Shown piece after piece: positions 22,947-32,756 of a stretch of 64,000 nt of DNA. Made by a program: the position numbers and the translations under genes. The notes beneath the pieces were generated by a model. It did no database searches, was not told where the DNA came from, and saw only the letters and a list, made by a program, of their open reading frames with translations. Source of the DNA: Alphaproteobacteria bacterium (GTDB lineage: Bacteria; Pseudomonadota; Alphaproteobacteria; JAJTHO01; CANGYM01); the NCBI GenBank assembly GCA_044375675.1, contig JBILMD010000007.1, positions 7,737-71,736 on the forward strand, read 5' to 3'. Numbering within the stretch: position 1 is the stretch's first letter; the number at the start of each line of letters is the position of its first letter.

Positions 22947-23480
22947 ATGTCCCGCGTAGGAAAGCATCCGGTTATTGTCCCTAAAGACTGCTCCGTTTCC
23001 CTTAATCAGGGCATCTTGTCCGTAAAGGGGAAGCTTGGTGATTTATCCCTATCTGTGCCCCAAGGGGTTGAGGTGGCCATTAACGACAATCTGATTACCG
23101 TTAAGCCCTCTTCTGCCAGCAAGCAAAGCCGCGCTTTGTGGGGAACCATTCGGGCCCGTATTCAGGGTATGGTCGTGGGCACCACCGTTGGCTTTACTAA
23201 GACTTTGGAATTGGTTGGTGTTGGGTATCGTGCAGCCCTGAAGGGCAATGCCATTGATCTGCAGCTCGGTTTCAGCCACCCTGTTCTTTTTGATTTGCCT
23301 GCCGGTGTGACGGCCAAGTGCGAGAAGCCAACGAGCATTCAATTGCACAGTTATGATAAGCAAATTGTTGGCCAAGTTGCGGCCAAAATTCGTTCTCTTC
23401 GTTCCCCTGAGCCCTATAAGGGCAAGGGTGTCCGCTATGAAGGTGAGATTGTTTTGCGTAAAGAAGGGAAAAAGAAGTAG
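22947..23480 (+). CDS. rplF: 50S ribosomal protein L6
   Basis: MSRVGK, PEPYKGKGVRY. Confidence 0.97.
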   Translation: MSRVGKHPVIVPKDCSVSLNQGILSVKGKLGDLSLSVPQGVEVAINDNLITVKPSSASKQSRALWGTIRARIQGMVVGTTVGFTKTLELVGVGYRAALKGNAIDLQLGFSHPVLFDLPAGVTAKCEKPTSIQLHSYDKQIVGQVAAKIRSLRSPEPYKGKGVRYEGEIVLRKEGKKK

Positions 23481-23489
23481 GTTTGCATC

Positions 23490-23864
23490 ATGGCTAAGAA
23501 AATATCTTCTTTTGAAAAACGTCGGGCGCGTGTTCGCAGTCAGTTAAAGACTTGTGCCACGACACCCCATCGTTTGAGTGTTTACCGCTCTAACACATCC
23601 CTGTATGCCCAAGTGATTGACATGACGTCGGGTCACGTGGTGGCCTCGGCCTGTTCTAGGGATGAAGAGTTTAAAAACAATCAGTCCGTGCCCCAAAAAC
23701 GTTCTGTGAATGTGGCCTCATGCAAAGAGGTTGGGGTTCTTTTGGCCAAGCGTGCCTTGGAAAAAAACGTAAGCAAGGTGTATTTTGATCGCAGCGGCTA
23801 TCGTTATCACGGACGCGTCAAATCCCTGGCTGAGGGCGCCCGTGAAGGCGGTTTATTATTTTAG
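23490..23864 (+). CDS. rplR: 50S ribosomal protein L18
   Basis: [20 protein letters not shown]. Confidence 0.96.
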   Translation: MAKKISSFEKRRARVRSQLKTCATTPHRLSVYRSNTSLYAQVIDMTSGHVVASACSRDEEFKNNQSVPQKRSVNVASCKEVGVLLAKRALEKNVSKVYFDRSGYRYHGRVKSLAEGAREGGLLF

Positions 23865-23881
23865 GAAAAACGGAAAGCCTT

Positions 23882-24433
23882 ATGGATTATATCGAAAAAC
23901 TGGTTGCCATTAACCGTGTGGCCAAGGTTGTTAAAGGGGGCCGTAAATTTGCCTTCGCTGCCCTTGTGGTTGTGGGTGATGGTCAGGGCCGCGTAGGTTA
24001 TGGCTCTGGTAAGGCCAAAGAGGTTCCTGAGGCCATGAAAAAAGCCATTGAAAGCGCCAAGAAAAATATGGTTCGCATCAATCTGCGTGAGGGCCGCACC
24101 CTGCATCATGATGTTGTGGGTCGTTTTGGATCGGGCCGCATTACCCTGCGCAGTGCGCCTGCGGGTACAGGGATTATTGCCGGTGGTCCGTCGCGGGCTG
24201 TTTTCGAGGCTTTGGGGGTTCACGATGTTGTGGCCAAATCTTTGGGCTCGTCTAACCCTTATAACATGATTCGGGCCACTTTGGACGGATTGAGCGAAAC
24301 GACAGCCCCTAAGCTGGTGGCAGCCAAGCGGGATTTGAAAATTGGTGACCTCGTTCGTCGCCGTGGGGATAGCAAAGATCAGCAAGATCAAGATCAGGAG
24401 CATGGTTATGGAAACGACAGCCACGAAGCGTAA
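23882..24433 (+). CDS. rpsE: 30S ribosomal protein S5
   Basis: [19 protein letters not shown]. Confidence 0.97.
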   Translation: MDYIEKLVAINRVAKVVKGGRKFAFAALVVVGDGQGRVGYGSGKAKEVPEAMKKAIESAKKNMVRINLREGRTLHHDVVGRFGSGRITLRSAPAGTGIIAGGPSRAVFEALGVHDVVAKSLGSSNPYNMIRATLDGLSETTAPKLVAAKRDLKIGDLVRRRGDSKDQQDQDQEHGYGNDSHEA

Positions 24434-24713
24434 AGCGACACCGGCCCAAAAGAAAGATTCTGCGGCGGCTCCTAAAGGAGTTTCCAAAAAATCTTCTTCT
24501 CAGAAACCTGCTGGAGAGACATCCTCCACGTTGCGCCTGACACAGCTTCGCAGTTTTTTTGGTATTTTGCCGAAACAGCAGGCGTGTTTGATTGGTTTGG
24601 GTCTAAGAAAAATCCAGTCCACATCCGTTGTTCAGGACACGCCGTCTGTTCGCGGGATGATTACCAAAGTTCGTCATTTAATTCGTGTTGAGGATGGTTC
24701 TGTATGCAACTAA
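24408..24713 (+). CDS. rpmD: 50S ribosomal protein L30 with N-terminal extension
   Basis: C-terminal LIGLGLRKI...[15 protein letters not shown]; AGGAG 7 nt before ATG 24408; sits between rpsE and rplO. Confidence 0.85.
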   Translation: METTATKRKATPAQKKDSAAAPKGVSKKSSSQKPAGETSSTLRLTQLRSFFGILPKQQACLIGLGLRKIQSTSVVQDTPSVRGMITKVRHLIRVEDGSVCN

Positions 24714-25174
24714 ACGCTGTTCGGGATAACAAAGGCGCCCGTCGCGGCCTGATGCGCGTGGGTCGTGGTATTGGAAGCGGAAAGGGTAAAACCTGTGGTC
24801 GTGGTGGTAAAGGCCAGACCGCCCGTACCGGTGTTGCCATCAATGGGTTTGAGGGGGGGCAGATGCCTCTTCACCGCCGTTTGCCGAAAAAGGGCTTCAC
24901 CAACATTTTTAAAAAACAGTACGCTGTTGTGAATGTGGGCACCCTTCAGTCCGCTATCACCAGTGGTCGTTTGGATGCGTCCCAGACTGTGACCACTGCG
25001 GATCTTGTGCGCTTGGGGATTGCGTCCAAAGCCACCCACGGTCTTCGGGTTCTAAGCCAAGGTGAGATCACAACAAAAATCACCCTGAACATTCAGGGTG
25101 TATCAGAATCTGCCCTGAAAAAAATACAGGCTGCTGGGGGATCTGTGGTTGTTGAGGCCCTTTCTGGTCGTTAA
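24704..25174 (+). CDS. rplO: 50S ribosomal protein L15
   Basis: RVGRGIGSGKGKT, GFEGGQMPL. Confidence 0.97.
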   Translation: MQLNAVRDNKGARRGLMRVGRGIGSGKGKTCGRGGKGQTARTGVAINGFEGGQMPLHRRLPKKGFTNIFKKQYAVVNVGTLQSAITSGRLDASQTVTTADLVRLGIASKATHGLRVLSQGEITTKITLNIQGVSESALKKIQAAGGSVVVEALSGR

Positions 25175-25194
25175 CATATCTTTAAAGACTTTGC

Positions 25195-25232
25195 AGAGGG
25201 GGGTTCAGGGAGAATCCCCCTTTTGTTTTTTT
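25195..25232 (+). terminator. Intrinsic terminator closing the spc operon
   Basis: aggggggttc-aggga-gaatcccccttt hairpin plus T-rich tail. Confidence 0.7.
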
Positions 25233-25268
25233 AATTCTCTTGCTCTGGATTAACAGATCCATTTTTTT

Positions 25269-25300
25269 AGTATGGATAACAGAAACTTGTTATCCATACT
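25269..25300. repeat. Perfect 13-bp inverted repeat with two near-DnaA boxes
   Basis: agtatggataaca-gaaact-tgttatccatact; each arm contains TTATCCAtA. Confidence 0.7.
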
Positions 25301-25307
25301 TTATGCT

Positions 25308-25434
25308 ATAGTGTTTTCAATTTATTTTCGTACTGAGTCGAGAACAAGCCTAGCGGAGCGATGCCTAGTGAATCTAGGTGAGTGACGCTAGGCGCCGTTC
25401 GCAGGCTAGTACGGGAATAAAGTGGAAACACTAT
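25308..25434. mobile_element. ~127-bp palindromic MITE (Correia/ERIC-like architecture)
   Basis: 27-bp imperfect terminal IRs atagtgttttcaatttattttcgtact / agtacgggaataaagtggaaacactat, TA at both ends, nested inner stems gcctagcg/cgctaggc and cctag/ctagg. Confidence 0.7.
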
Positions 25435-25435
25435 G

Positions 25436-25590
25436 CTTTTCCGTGTTTGCGAATCCAGGCGCCCCTCAAAAGGTGTACTGTTGGCTCAATACGTCCAAAG
25501 TCTCGCGCAGTGCAGGGGGGTATAATCAACGTTAAGGTTATCGTTGATTCCACGGTAAGGCAGAGCGTTTCCACCCTCTTTCCGTAACGG
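25436..25590 (-). ncRNA. Candidate structured RNA, family unassigned
   Basis: On the minus strand: GAAA-tetraloop hairpin with G-U pairs, aatcaacg/cgttgatt stem, closing ccgtg/cacgg stem. Confidence 0.25.
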
Positions 25591-25696
25591 ATCTTACGCT
25601 CAGCCAGAAAATATTTCATACGTGATGGGTGACTCTTTAAGATTTTTTAGGCTTTTGATAACCAAAGTCCTTTAGAAATCACCAAAGGCCATGGCG

Positions 25697-27076
25697 CTAT
25701 CTGGACTTTTTTTGATCTCTGGCCGTTTTTTGGGCTTGGCGTAGGTCCTGAAGTTTAATCCATCCCTCATCCCCTTCTTTCAGGGTTAGGGCCGCCCGCT
25801 GGATGTGGATGTCCACTTGCTTTAGGTCGTTGCCCAAAAGGGCGATTTCAGCCAAGGAAAGCTCTGCCATCCCCTTTTTCCCCAAACCAGCCTGCGCAAT
25901 GCTGAGCGATCGCCACGCCAAAGCGTTATAGGGTTCTTTTTGCGCGGCAAATCCCAAATGCTCTTCGGCACTGCGGTAAAGGTCTTTTTTCTTGGCGTCG
26001 TTGGTTTCTTTTTTAGCCTGATTCACATAGGTATTTCCCAAAGAAAGGCGGATTAAGGCATTAAAGGGAAGGGCTTGATAGGCCTTTTGATAAGCCGCAA
26101 AGCTTTTGTCTTCGTGACCATTCATGGCCTCAAGCTGTCCGATGGTGTCATAAAGATACGGATGCCAAGGGTAAGCGGTCAGAAGCGCCTGCATCCCAGC
26201 ACGTCCCTGATCCACCAGATGCTGCCGATAATCCCCTATGGCGCGGGCATAGCGGACATCTAGGACGTCTTTTGATGTGGGCAGGGCTTTTAAATCGCTT
26301 TCCCTCGTCAAAAAGCCCGTTAATTTTCCCCGCACAAAAGAAAGCTGGTCATCCTGACGCTGGGTGCTGCGCGTGCCGCGATGGGGGGATTGGGCAATGG
26401 CTTTTTCCAAAAAATGCAGCCGCTCGGTGTCTGTGGGGTGGGTGCGCATATAGGGGCTTCCCTCTTCCCGCCACTGGTTAGAAATGGACAGGGCATTGAG
26501 GAAATCATAAAGCCCCTCCGGAGATAGCTTTAACCGCTCTAAAATCGTCACGGCGGCGGCATCTGCAGCGCGTTCTTGGGTGCGGGTGTATTGCAAAAAG
26601 TTTTGCAGCGTCAACTGGGCGCCTCCGGTTAAAATCGCAAACCCCACTTCTGGACTTCCCAAAAGAAGGGCGGTGGTGGTTCCCAAAACATAGGTTAAAA
26701 TTTGGGGGGTGCTCAGTTTATCCAGCTGATCCTGTGTGCGGGCCAGATGGCCGCCGGAAATATGACCGACTTCGTGGGCGATGACACCGATCACTTCGTC
26801 GGCGCGTTTGGCTTTGGTCAAAAGACCCGTGTGGAAAAAGATATTTTGTCCCCCCGCCACAAACGCATTCAGTGAGGGATCATTGACAATAAAAATGCGA
26901 ATGCTTTGGGGGTGCAGCCCTGCGGCCTCAAAAATCGGTGTGGAAAAATCCCGCAAAACAGATTCTACCTCTGCATCCCGAATCAAGCTTGGTCCTGCCG
27001 CTTGGGCCCGCAAAAAAGGGTTGCCGATCAGCAGCATCAGTCCAAAAACAATAAAAAACTGCCGAAAAGAATGCAT
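25697..27076 (-). CDS. M48 family periplasmic metalloprotease with TPR (BepA/YfgC-like)
   Basis: Signal peptide, NAFVAGG, AHEVGH, ERAAD, RTHP; TPR-like C-terminus. Confidence 0.88.
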   Translation of the reverse strand: MHSFRQFFIVFGLMLLIGNPFLRAQAAGPSLIRDAEVESVLRDFSTPIFEAAGLHPQSIRIFIVNDPSLNAFVAGGQNIFFHTGLLTKAKRADEVIGVIAHEVGHISGGHLARTQDQLDKLSTPQILTYVLGTTTALLLGSPEVGFAILTGGAQLTLQNFLQYTRTQERAADAAAVTILERLKLSPEGLYDFLNALSISNQWREEGSPYMRTHPTDTERLHFLEKAIAQSPHRGTRSTQRQDDQLSFVRGKLTGFLTRESDLKALPTSKDVLDVRYARAIGDYRQHLVDQGRAGMQALLTAYPWHPYLYDTIGQLEAMNGHEDKSFAAYQKAYQALPFNALIRLSLGNTYVNQAKKETNDAKKKDLYRSAEEHLGFAAQKEPYNALAWRSLSIAQAGLGKKGMAELSLAEIALLGNDLKQVDIHIQRAALTLKEGDEGWIKLQDLRQAQKTARDQKKSR

Positions 27077-29583
27077 CAATAGATTCCATCCACCAGACTT
27101 TCAGGGGATTCTCCGCCGCCGTCCCAAGAAGGCCCTGTGCTGTCCCCGGGGACTGCTACGGTTTTTTGCTCCAAATCCTGACCTGGGATAAAGGCCTCAA
27201 TAATGCTGCCGGGTGTATCCGGTGGCACCACCACACCCGATTGCAAATCCGTGGACACCAAACGAATGCCAGATGGCATCCGAAACGGCACGGAAGGCAT
27301 GGTGGGCAAAATGGTTTTCATAAAATCAATAAACACCGGAACTGCCACGCTGCCGCCGGTTTCTTTGCGGCCCAAGGTTTGGGGTTGGTCGTATCCGTAA
27401 TAAATTCCCACCACCAGATCTGGGGAAAAGCCCAAAAACCAAACATCGCGGCTATCGTTGGTGGTTCCCGTTTTTCCCGCCAAAGCATAGCCGGGAAACG
27501 TCGCGCCAATTTTGGCCCCCGTTCCCCGCGCCACAACCCCGCTGAGGATATTCACAACCTGATAAACATGACGGGGATCCGCCAAGGTTTCCCGATCATC
27601 AGGCAATAGGGGGGGATTCTGATCTTGCCAAGTTTGATTCAAACATGCATCGCAGGGGCGATTATCGTGGCGAAAAATGGTTTTTCCATGGCGATCTTGG
27701 ATCCGGTCCACCAAAGAGGGACGGATTTTTTTGCCGCCATTGACCAGCTCGCCATAAGCCTGCGTCATTTTCAAAAGTGTGGTTTCGTTGGACCCAAGGA
27801 CTGAAGAATAGTAAGGGGGCATTTTATCGTAAATCCCAAACCGGTGGGCAACATCCTGTATGGGCTTTAACCCGATAGCGAGGGCCAAACGTACAGTCAT
27901 CAGGTTACGCGAAAGTTCCATACCCCGCCGCAAGGTGGTGAGACCATAAAAATCATCGGAATAATTGGTGGGCTTCCAGATACGGTCCTGATCTGCACCC
28001 AAAATCTCCATCACCACCGGTGCATCCAACAGGCGGCTGTTGGGGGCATAGCCGGATTCCATGGCCGCCAAGGCCACAAAGGGCTTAAACGAAGAGCCAG
28101 GTTGCCGTGTGGCCTGCGTGGCACGGTTAAATTCACTGCCATCAAACGATGTCCCCCCCACCATGGCATAAATGCGCCCTGTGTGGGGGTCCAGAACCAT
28201 CATGGCCCCATTGACTTTGGGCACCTGCTGAATGGTCCAAGAGTCTTGTGTGTTCTGGGTTGTTTTTTCCGTGTCTTGGGTGCTGTCTACGGTGGGCTTA
28301 ACGGTGTCTTTGGCGATCCAAAGGATATCGCCCGCAGAGACGATGTCTGCAAACGAGGTGATGGGAAGAAACGGCTGACCGGCTTTTTTGGCCACCCGCA
28401 TTTTCCAAGCCAAGGCTGAACGGGGCAAGGTTAAGGAACGTCCATCTTCAGTGGTTCCAGAAACAGTTTGTTTTTCAACGGATTGAACATAAAAAAGTGT
28501 CCACCCCAAACGTTCAAAAGCATGGGCATAGTGCCGCCAGCACAAGCGGTTGTTGGGATCATCGCAGGCCGTTGGCAAAGACGGGGCATGGCCCACCACA
28601 CCATCCCATGCCCGCGCCCGACGATCAAAGGCCACCGCCCCACGCATGAAGGCCTTTTGCGCTTCTTCCTGCATCATGGGGTTTAAGGTTGTCCGCACAG
28701 ATAACCCCCCTGTATACAGGGCCTGAGACCCATACCGGTTTACCAGATCGCGACGAATTTCCTCAGAAAAATACGGCGCATCAACATAGGAAAGCGTGAA
28801 GGCCTTAGGGGGCAAAAGGGGTTTTTTTTGATACAAAGCCACATCATCTGGTTTTAAAACCCCTGTTTCCCCCATGCGGGAAAGAACCCAATTGCGTCTG
28901 GCCAGTGCCGCATCGTGGTTTTTAACAGGGTGATAGTTGCTGGGCGCTTTGGGCAAGGCCGCTAGAAAAGCAGCCTCATCGGGGGCAAGCTCTGTTAAGG
29001 CTTTGCCAAAATACCGCTGGGACGCACTGCCAATCCCATAGCTGCCCAAACCAAAATAAATTTCATTCAGATACAATTCCAAAATGGTTTCTTTGGACAG
29101 GGCCTTTTCGATGCGAAAAGCCACAATGGCTTCTTTGACTTTCCGCTCTAAAGATTTTTCATTCCCCACCAAAAAGTTTTTGGCCACCTGCTGGGTGATG
29201 GTCGATGCCCCCTGACGTCGCCCTGTATGATTCACCCACGACCAAGCATTCAGGAAAACGGCCCGCGTGACCCCCCGAAAACTAATCCCTTTGTGGTGAA
29301 AAAAATCCGTATCTTCGGATGCCAAAAACGCATGAACCACCAGGGGGGGCATCATGCTATAGGGAACAAAAACACGGCGTTGTTCGGCATATTCCGTGAT
29401 CATTTTCCCATCAGCGGCATAAAGCCGCGTCGTGATTTTCGGGGTGTACTGTTTCAGGGTTTCATGATCAGGCAAATTTCGGCTGAAATAAACATATCCC
29501 ACCCCAATAGCCACCCCCCCCACCATCGCCAGAGACAGCATGACAGAAAACGTTAAAATCAAAAAACGGCGCATGTTTCGCAT
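27076..29583 (-). CDS. mrcA: Penicillin-binding protein 1A
   Basis: SEDTDF, QGASTITQQ, RKVKE transglycosylase motifs; GSSFK, SRN, KTGTT transpeptidase motifs. Confidence 0.93.
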   Translation of the reverse strand: MRNMRRFLILTFSVMLSLAMVGGVAIGVGYVYFSRNLPDHETLKQYTPKITTRLYAADGKMITEYAEQRRVFVPYSMMPPLVVHAFLASEDTDFFHHKGISFRGVTRAVFLNAWSWVNHTGRRQGASTITQQVAKNFLVGNEKSLERKVKEAIVAFRIEKALSKETILELYLNEIYFGLGSYGIGSASQRYFGKALTELAPDEAAFLAALPKAPSNYHPVKNHDAALARRNWVLSRMGETGVLKPDDVALYQKKPLLPPKAFTLSYVDAPYFSEEIRRDLVNRYGSQALYTGGLSVRTTLNPMMQEEAQKAFMRGAVAFDRRARAWDGVVGHAPSLPTACDDPNNRLCWRHYAHAFERLGWTLFYVQSVEKQTVSGTTEDGRSLTLPRSALAWKMRVAKKAGQPFLPITSFADIVSAGDILWIAKDTVKPTVDSTQDTEKTTQNTQDSWTIQQVPKVNGAMMVLDPHTGRIYAMVGGTSFDGSEFNRATQATRQPGSSFKPFVALAAMESGYAPNSRLLDAPVVMEILGADQDRIWKPTNYSDDFYGLTTLRRGMELSRNLMTVRLALAIGLKPIQDVAHRFGIYDKMPPYYSSVLGSNETTLLKMTQAYGELVNGGKKIRPSLVDRIQDRHGKTIFRHDNRPCDACLNQTWQDQNPPLLPDDRETLADPRHVYQVVNILSGVVARGTGAKIGATFPGYALAGKTGTTNDSRDVWFLGFSPDLVVGIYYGYDQPQTLGRKETGGSVAVPVFIDFMKTILPTMPSVPFRMPSGIRLVSTDLQSGVVVPPDTPGSIIEAFIPGQDLEQKTVAVPGDSTGPSWDGGGESPESLVDGIY

Positions 29584-29586
29584 ACT

Positions 29587-30939
29587 TTAGGGCTGCCAGG
29601 ATACGTGTTGAGAAGTTTTAGGATGGTCCTCGAAATAAGACTGTGTTGCCGCCACAATCCCCTGCACCAATTTTTCACGATGGCTTTTTTGTAACAACAG
29701 CCATTCTTCCTTGGGGTTGGATAAATATCCCATTTCAATCAGAACCGACGGTACATCTGGTGCCTTTAAAACCACAAACCCAGCAAAACGGTGTGATTCG
29801 TATTTCAGTTTAATGGATGAAGATAGCTCTGTCACCAAACGTGTGGCATAATCCGCCGAGGCATTCATGGTGCCCCGCTGGACCAGATCAATCAAAATGT
29901 TGCTGACATCTTGGGATTCCCCCGATAAATCGACGCCGGCGATAATGTCGGACTGATTTTCTTTGTTGGCCAGTTTGGCCGCTTCGCGGTCAGACGCGCG
30001 TTCAGAAAGGGTATAGACAGACATACCCGTGGCTTCGGTATTAATCGCTGAATCTGCATGCAGGGAAATAAACAAATCCGCCTTGGCCGAACGCGCCACA
30101 TCAATCCGCCCCCTGAGCGAAACATAACTATCGCCGTTTCGTGTCATGACCACTTTATATCCTGGCAAGGCCCGAAAGGCGGCGGCCAATTCTTGGGCGG
30201 CTTTTAAAACCAGATTTTTTTCTTGGGTGCCCCGCTTACCCGTGGCCCCTGGGTCTTTTCCCCCATGGCCAGGATCCAAAACAATGACGATGGGCTCATT
30301 GGAAACAGAGGCGGATGTTTTGTTTTTTTGTGTTTTTAGGGGCTCAGGAGAAGACGATAATGCCTCCTGCTTCGGGGTATTTTGGGCCTCTTGACTGTCT
30401 TTGGGGACAGATAAAACAACAGGCGCCAAGGGGGTTTTTGTGTCTGTTTTTAGGGATGTTTCAGCGCTTTGTGTATCCTGAAGGGGCGTGTCTTTCTTGG
30501 CTATCATCAAAGGCTGAGGTGGCGATTTTTGAGGAAGGGTGGGTTTTTTGTCTGCCATCACGGGGCTGGCTGGGCGGATTTTTGTAAAAGAAATGGACAG
30601 AATGGGCGGACGATAGCCTGCCTCAACCGAAGCGCTTCCCACCAGATCAAAAACCAATCGATAGGTATTGGGGCTGTTTTTTGCCCGACGAAAGGCCTTG
30701 ACAACCCCTTCCTTGGGCAAGGAGGGATTTTGAGCATTCCAAGCGGTTCTTTTCAGATCAATCACCAAACGATCCGGATGCGTCAAGGTAAAAACCCGCA
30801 TTTCAGGTTTTGTTTTTTCCAGAAAGGTCATCTGAATCGATTTTGGCCCCACATTCAAGGCCATAAGCGCGTTGGGATCAGCCTTTGCGACACCCCCAAA
30901 GGCCAAAATCAGAAAAAATAACCACAGCGCGGCCTTCAT
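29587..30939 (-). CDS. amiC: N-acetylmuramoyl-L-alanine amidase (AMIN + Amidase_3)
   Basis: PDRLVID AMIN domain, LDPGHGGKDPG, SLHAD, LIEMGYLSN. Confidence 0.88.
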   Translation of the reverse strand: MKAALWLFFLILAFGGVAKADPNALMALNVGPKSIQMTFLEKTKPEMRVFTLTHPDRLVIDLKRTAWNAQNPSLPKEGVVKAFRRAKNSPNTYRLVFDLVGSASVEAGYRPPILSISFTKIRPASPVMADKKPTLPQKSPPQPLMIAKKDTPLQDTQSAETSLKTDTKTPLAPVVLSVPKDSQEAQNTPKQEALSSSPEPLKTQKNKTSASVSNEPIVIVLDPGHGGKDPGATGKRGTQEKNLVLKAAQELAAAFRALPGYKVVMTRNGDSYVSLRGRIDVARSAKADLFISLHADSAINTEATGMSVYTLSERASDREAAKLANKENQSDIIAGVDLSGESQDVSNILIDLVQRGTMNASADYATRLVTELSSSIKLKYESHRFAGFVVLKAPDVPSVLIEMGYLSNPKEEWLLLQKSHREKLVQGIVAATQSYFEDHPKTSQHVSWQP

Positions 30940-30962
30940 GGTTTTTCTTTATTCTTTTTTTC

Positions 30963-32756
30963 TTACGATTCCAGAACCATTTTAACAGTCCCCGCCAATT
31001 GTTTCAAGCTAAAGGGTTTGGGGATAAAATGGACATGATCCAAACTTTCCAGCTTTGTTCGAATGTTTTCTTCCGCATAGCCAGAAACGCAAATGACTTT
31101 CAGATCGGGGTCTTTTTTGCGCATAATTTCAATTAAGGTTGGCCCATCAATCACCGGCATCATCACATCCGTCAGCAAAAGGTCGATTTTCAAATCAGGA
31201 TCGTTTTGCAGGATTTGCAGGGCCACATCACCGCTGCGGGCTTCAATGACCGTGTAACCCTTGTTTTTTAAAACACGAGAGCTGAAAATCCGCACGGGAT
31301 CTTCATCTTCCACAAGCAGGATGGTCCCCATACCCGTTAAATCACCGGTTTTTTCTTCAGTCACAACCTCAGCAACGCGTTCGGGCCCCGTATAACGTGG
31401 CAGATAGATTTTAAAAGTTGTGCCGCGCCCTAGGGCGCTGTTCACCTCGATAATGCCCCCACTTTGGCGCACAATGCCGTAAACGGTGGCCAGACCCAAT
31501 CCTGTGCCTGAACCCACCTCTTTTGTGGAAAAAAAGGGATCAAAAATCTTGTTTAAATGGGTGGGATCAATCCCTTTGCCTGTATCGGTCACACTCAGGA
31601 TCACGTAATCGCCTGAGGGTGTGGTGTCATTTCCGATATTTAAGGCCTCTGTCAACGTTACATTTTCTGTCCGCAGCAACAAAGATCCACCATGATCCAT
31701 GGCATCACGGGCATTGACGCATAAATTCACAATAACTTGCTCCAGCTGGGTTTTATCGGCGCGGACGTTCCAGAGCTCCCTGACATGCTGAACATCCAAC
31801 TGAATGGATTCGCCAATTAATCGTTGCAGCAAATGGGTAATCTCGGCAATGGCATCTGGTATTTTTAAAACCTGAAGTTCCAGTTTTTGCTGACGAGAAA
31901 ACGCCAGCAATTGACGCACCAACGCGGTGGCCCGTTTTGCGTTTTGATGAATGTGGTTGATATCTGCAAAAGAGGGATCCCCCGCAATATGCCGCTGCAA
32001 AAGCAAATCGCAAAAACCACTGATGGCTGTGAGTAAATTATTAAAATCATGGGCAATGCCCCCTGCCAATTGCCCAACAGCCTGCATTTTTTGGGATTGG
32101 GAAAATTGCATTTCCAGCATTTTGCGATCGGTAATATCCATCAGATACACCAAAAACTCAGCAGACAGGTTTTTTTTGTCCGATGACAACAATTGCAAAT
32201 GAACCAGCAATGTTTTTTCAGGTCCCGAAAGATCAATTTTTTTTAAGACGTTGAACGATTTCAGCGGCATTTCAAAACGGGTATAGTGTTTTTCGGCAAC
32301 TGAGGTTTCAAATTGAGAGGCTATGTAGTTTTTTTGCGAATCATCAATAAAATCAAGAAAATCCTGATTAAAAATACGGTCCTCTTCCAGCCCGATCATC
32401 TCGCAGAACGCAGGGTTCATACTTTTGATTTTTCGGCCTTCTTCCAAAAGGGCTAGTCCAAAGGGGGCATTAAAGAAATAGGATTGAAGAAGATCTTTAT
32501 CCTGTAAAATGATCTGCTGACCCCGTGTATAGGATAGCTCTGAAAATCGAGACCTTGTGTTTTGTTTTCGTTTGTAATTTTGAAAAACAACAAGCCCAAA
32601 AAGACCAAGGCTTGTCATCAGAAGGACAAAATACCACGCATAAAGAAACAAAAGGGTGTTTAAACGGCTTGTGACATACACCACCAAACAGGTCACAAAA
32701 ACCATGATTGCTGAGGTTATAAAAAATCCCATTTGCGAGCTAAAGAAGGCTTTCAT
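30963..32756 (-). CDS. cckA: Hybrid PAS histidine kinase/receiver, CckA type
   Basis: 2 TMs, PAS, SQKMQAVGQLAGGIAHDFNNLL, GTGLGLATVYG, receiver LLVEDED/TDVMMP. Confidence 0.8.
   Translation of the reverse strand: MKAFFSSQMGFFITSAIMVFVTCLVVYVTSRLNTLLFLYAWYFVLLMTSLGLFGLVVFQNYKRKQNTRSRFSELSYTRGQQIILQDKDLLQSYFFNAPFGLALLEEGRKIKSMNPAFCEMIGLEEDRIFNQDFLDFIDDSQKNYIASQFETSVAEKHYTRFEMPLKSFNVLKKIDLSGPEKTLLVHLQLLSSDKKNLSAEFLVYLMDITDRKMLEMQFSQSQKMQAVGQLAGGIAHDFNNLLTAISGFCDLLLQRHIAGDPSFADINHIHQNAKRATALVRQLLAFSRQQKLELQVLKIPDAIAEITHLLQRLIGESIQLDVQHVRELWNVRADKTQLEQVIVNLCVNARDAMDHGGSLLLRTENVTLTEALNIGNDTTPSGDYVILSVTDTGKGIDPTHLNKIFDPFFSTKEVGSGTGLGLATVYGIVRQSGGIIEVNSALGRGTTFKIYLPRYTGPERVAEVVTEEKTGDLTGMGTILLVEDEDPVRIFSSRVLKNKGYTVIEARSGDVALQILQNDPDLKIDLLLTDVMMPVIDGPTLIEIMRKKDPDLKVICVSGYAEENIRTKLESLDHVHFIPKPFSLKQLAGTVKMVLES

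Noticed and set aside
25230-25320. oriC call
   Set aside because: Only two imperfect DnaA boxes, convergent flanking genes and none of the usual origin-neighbour genes
25378-25619. Short ORFs of 69 aa (+) and 62 aa (-)
   Set aside because: No convincing RBS or motifs; they overlap the MITE and structured non-coding sequence
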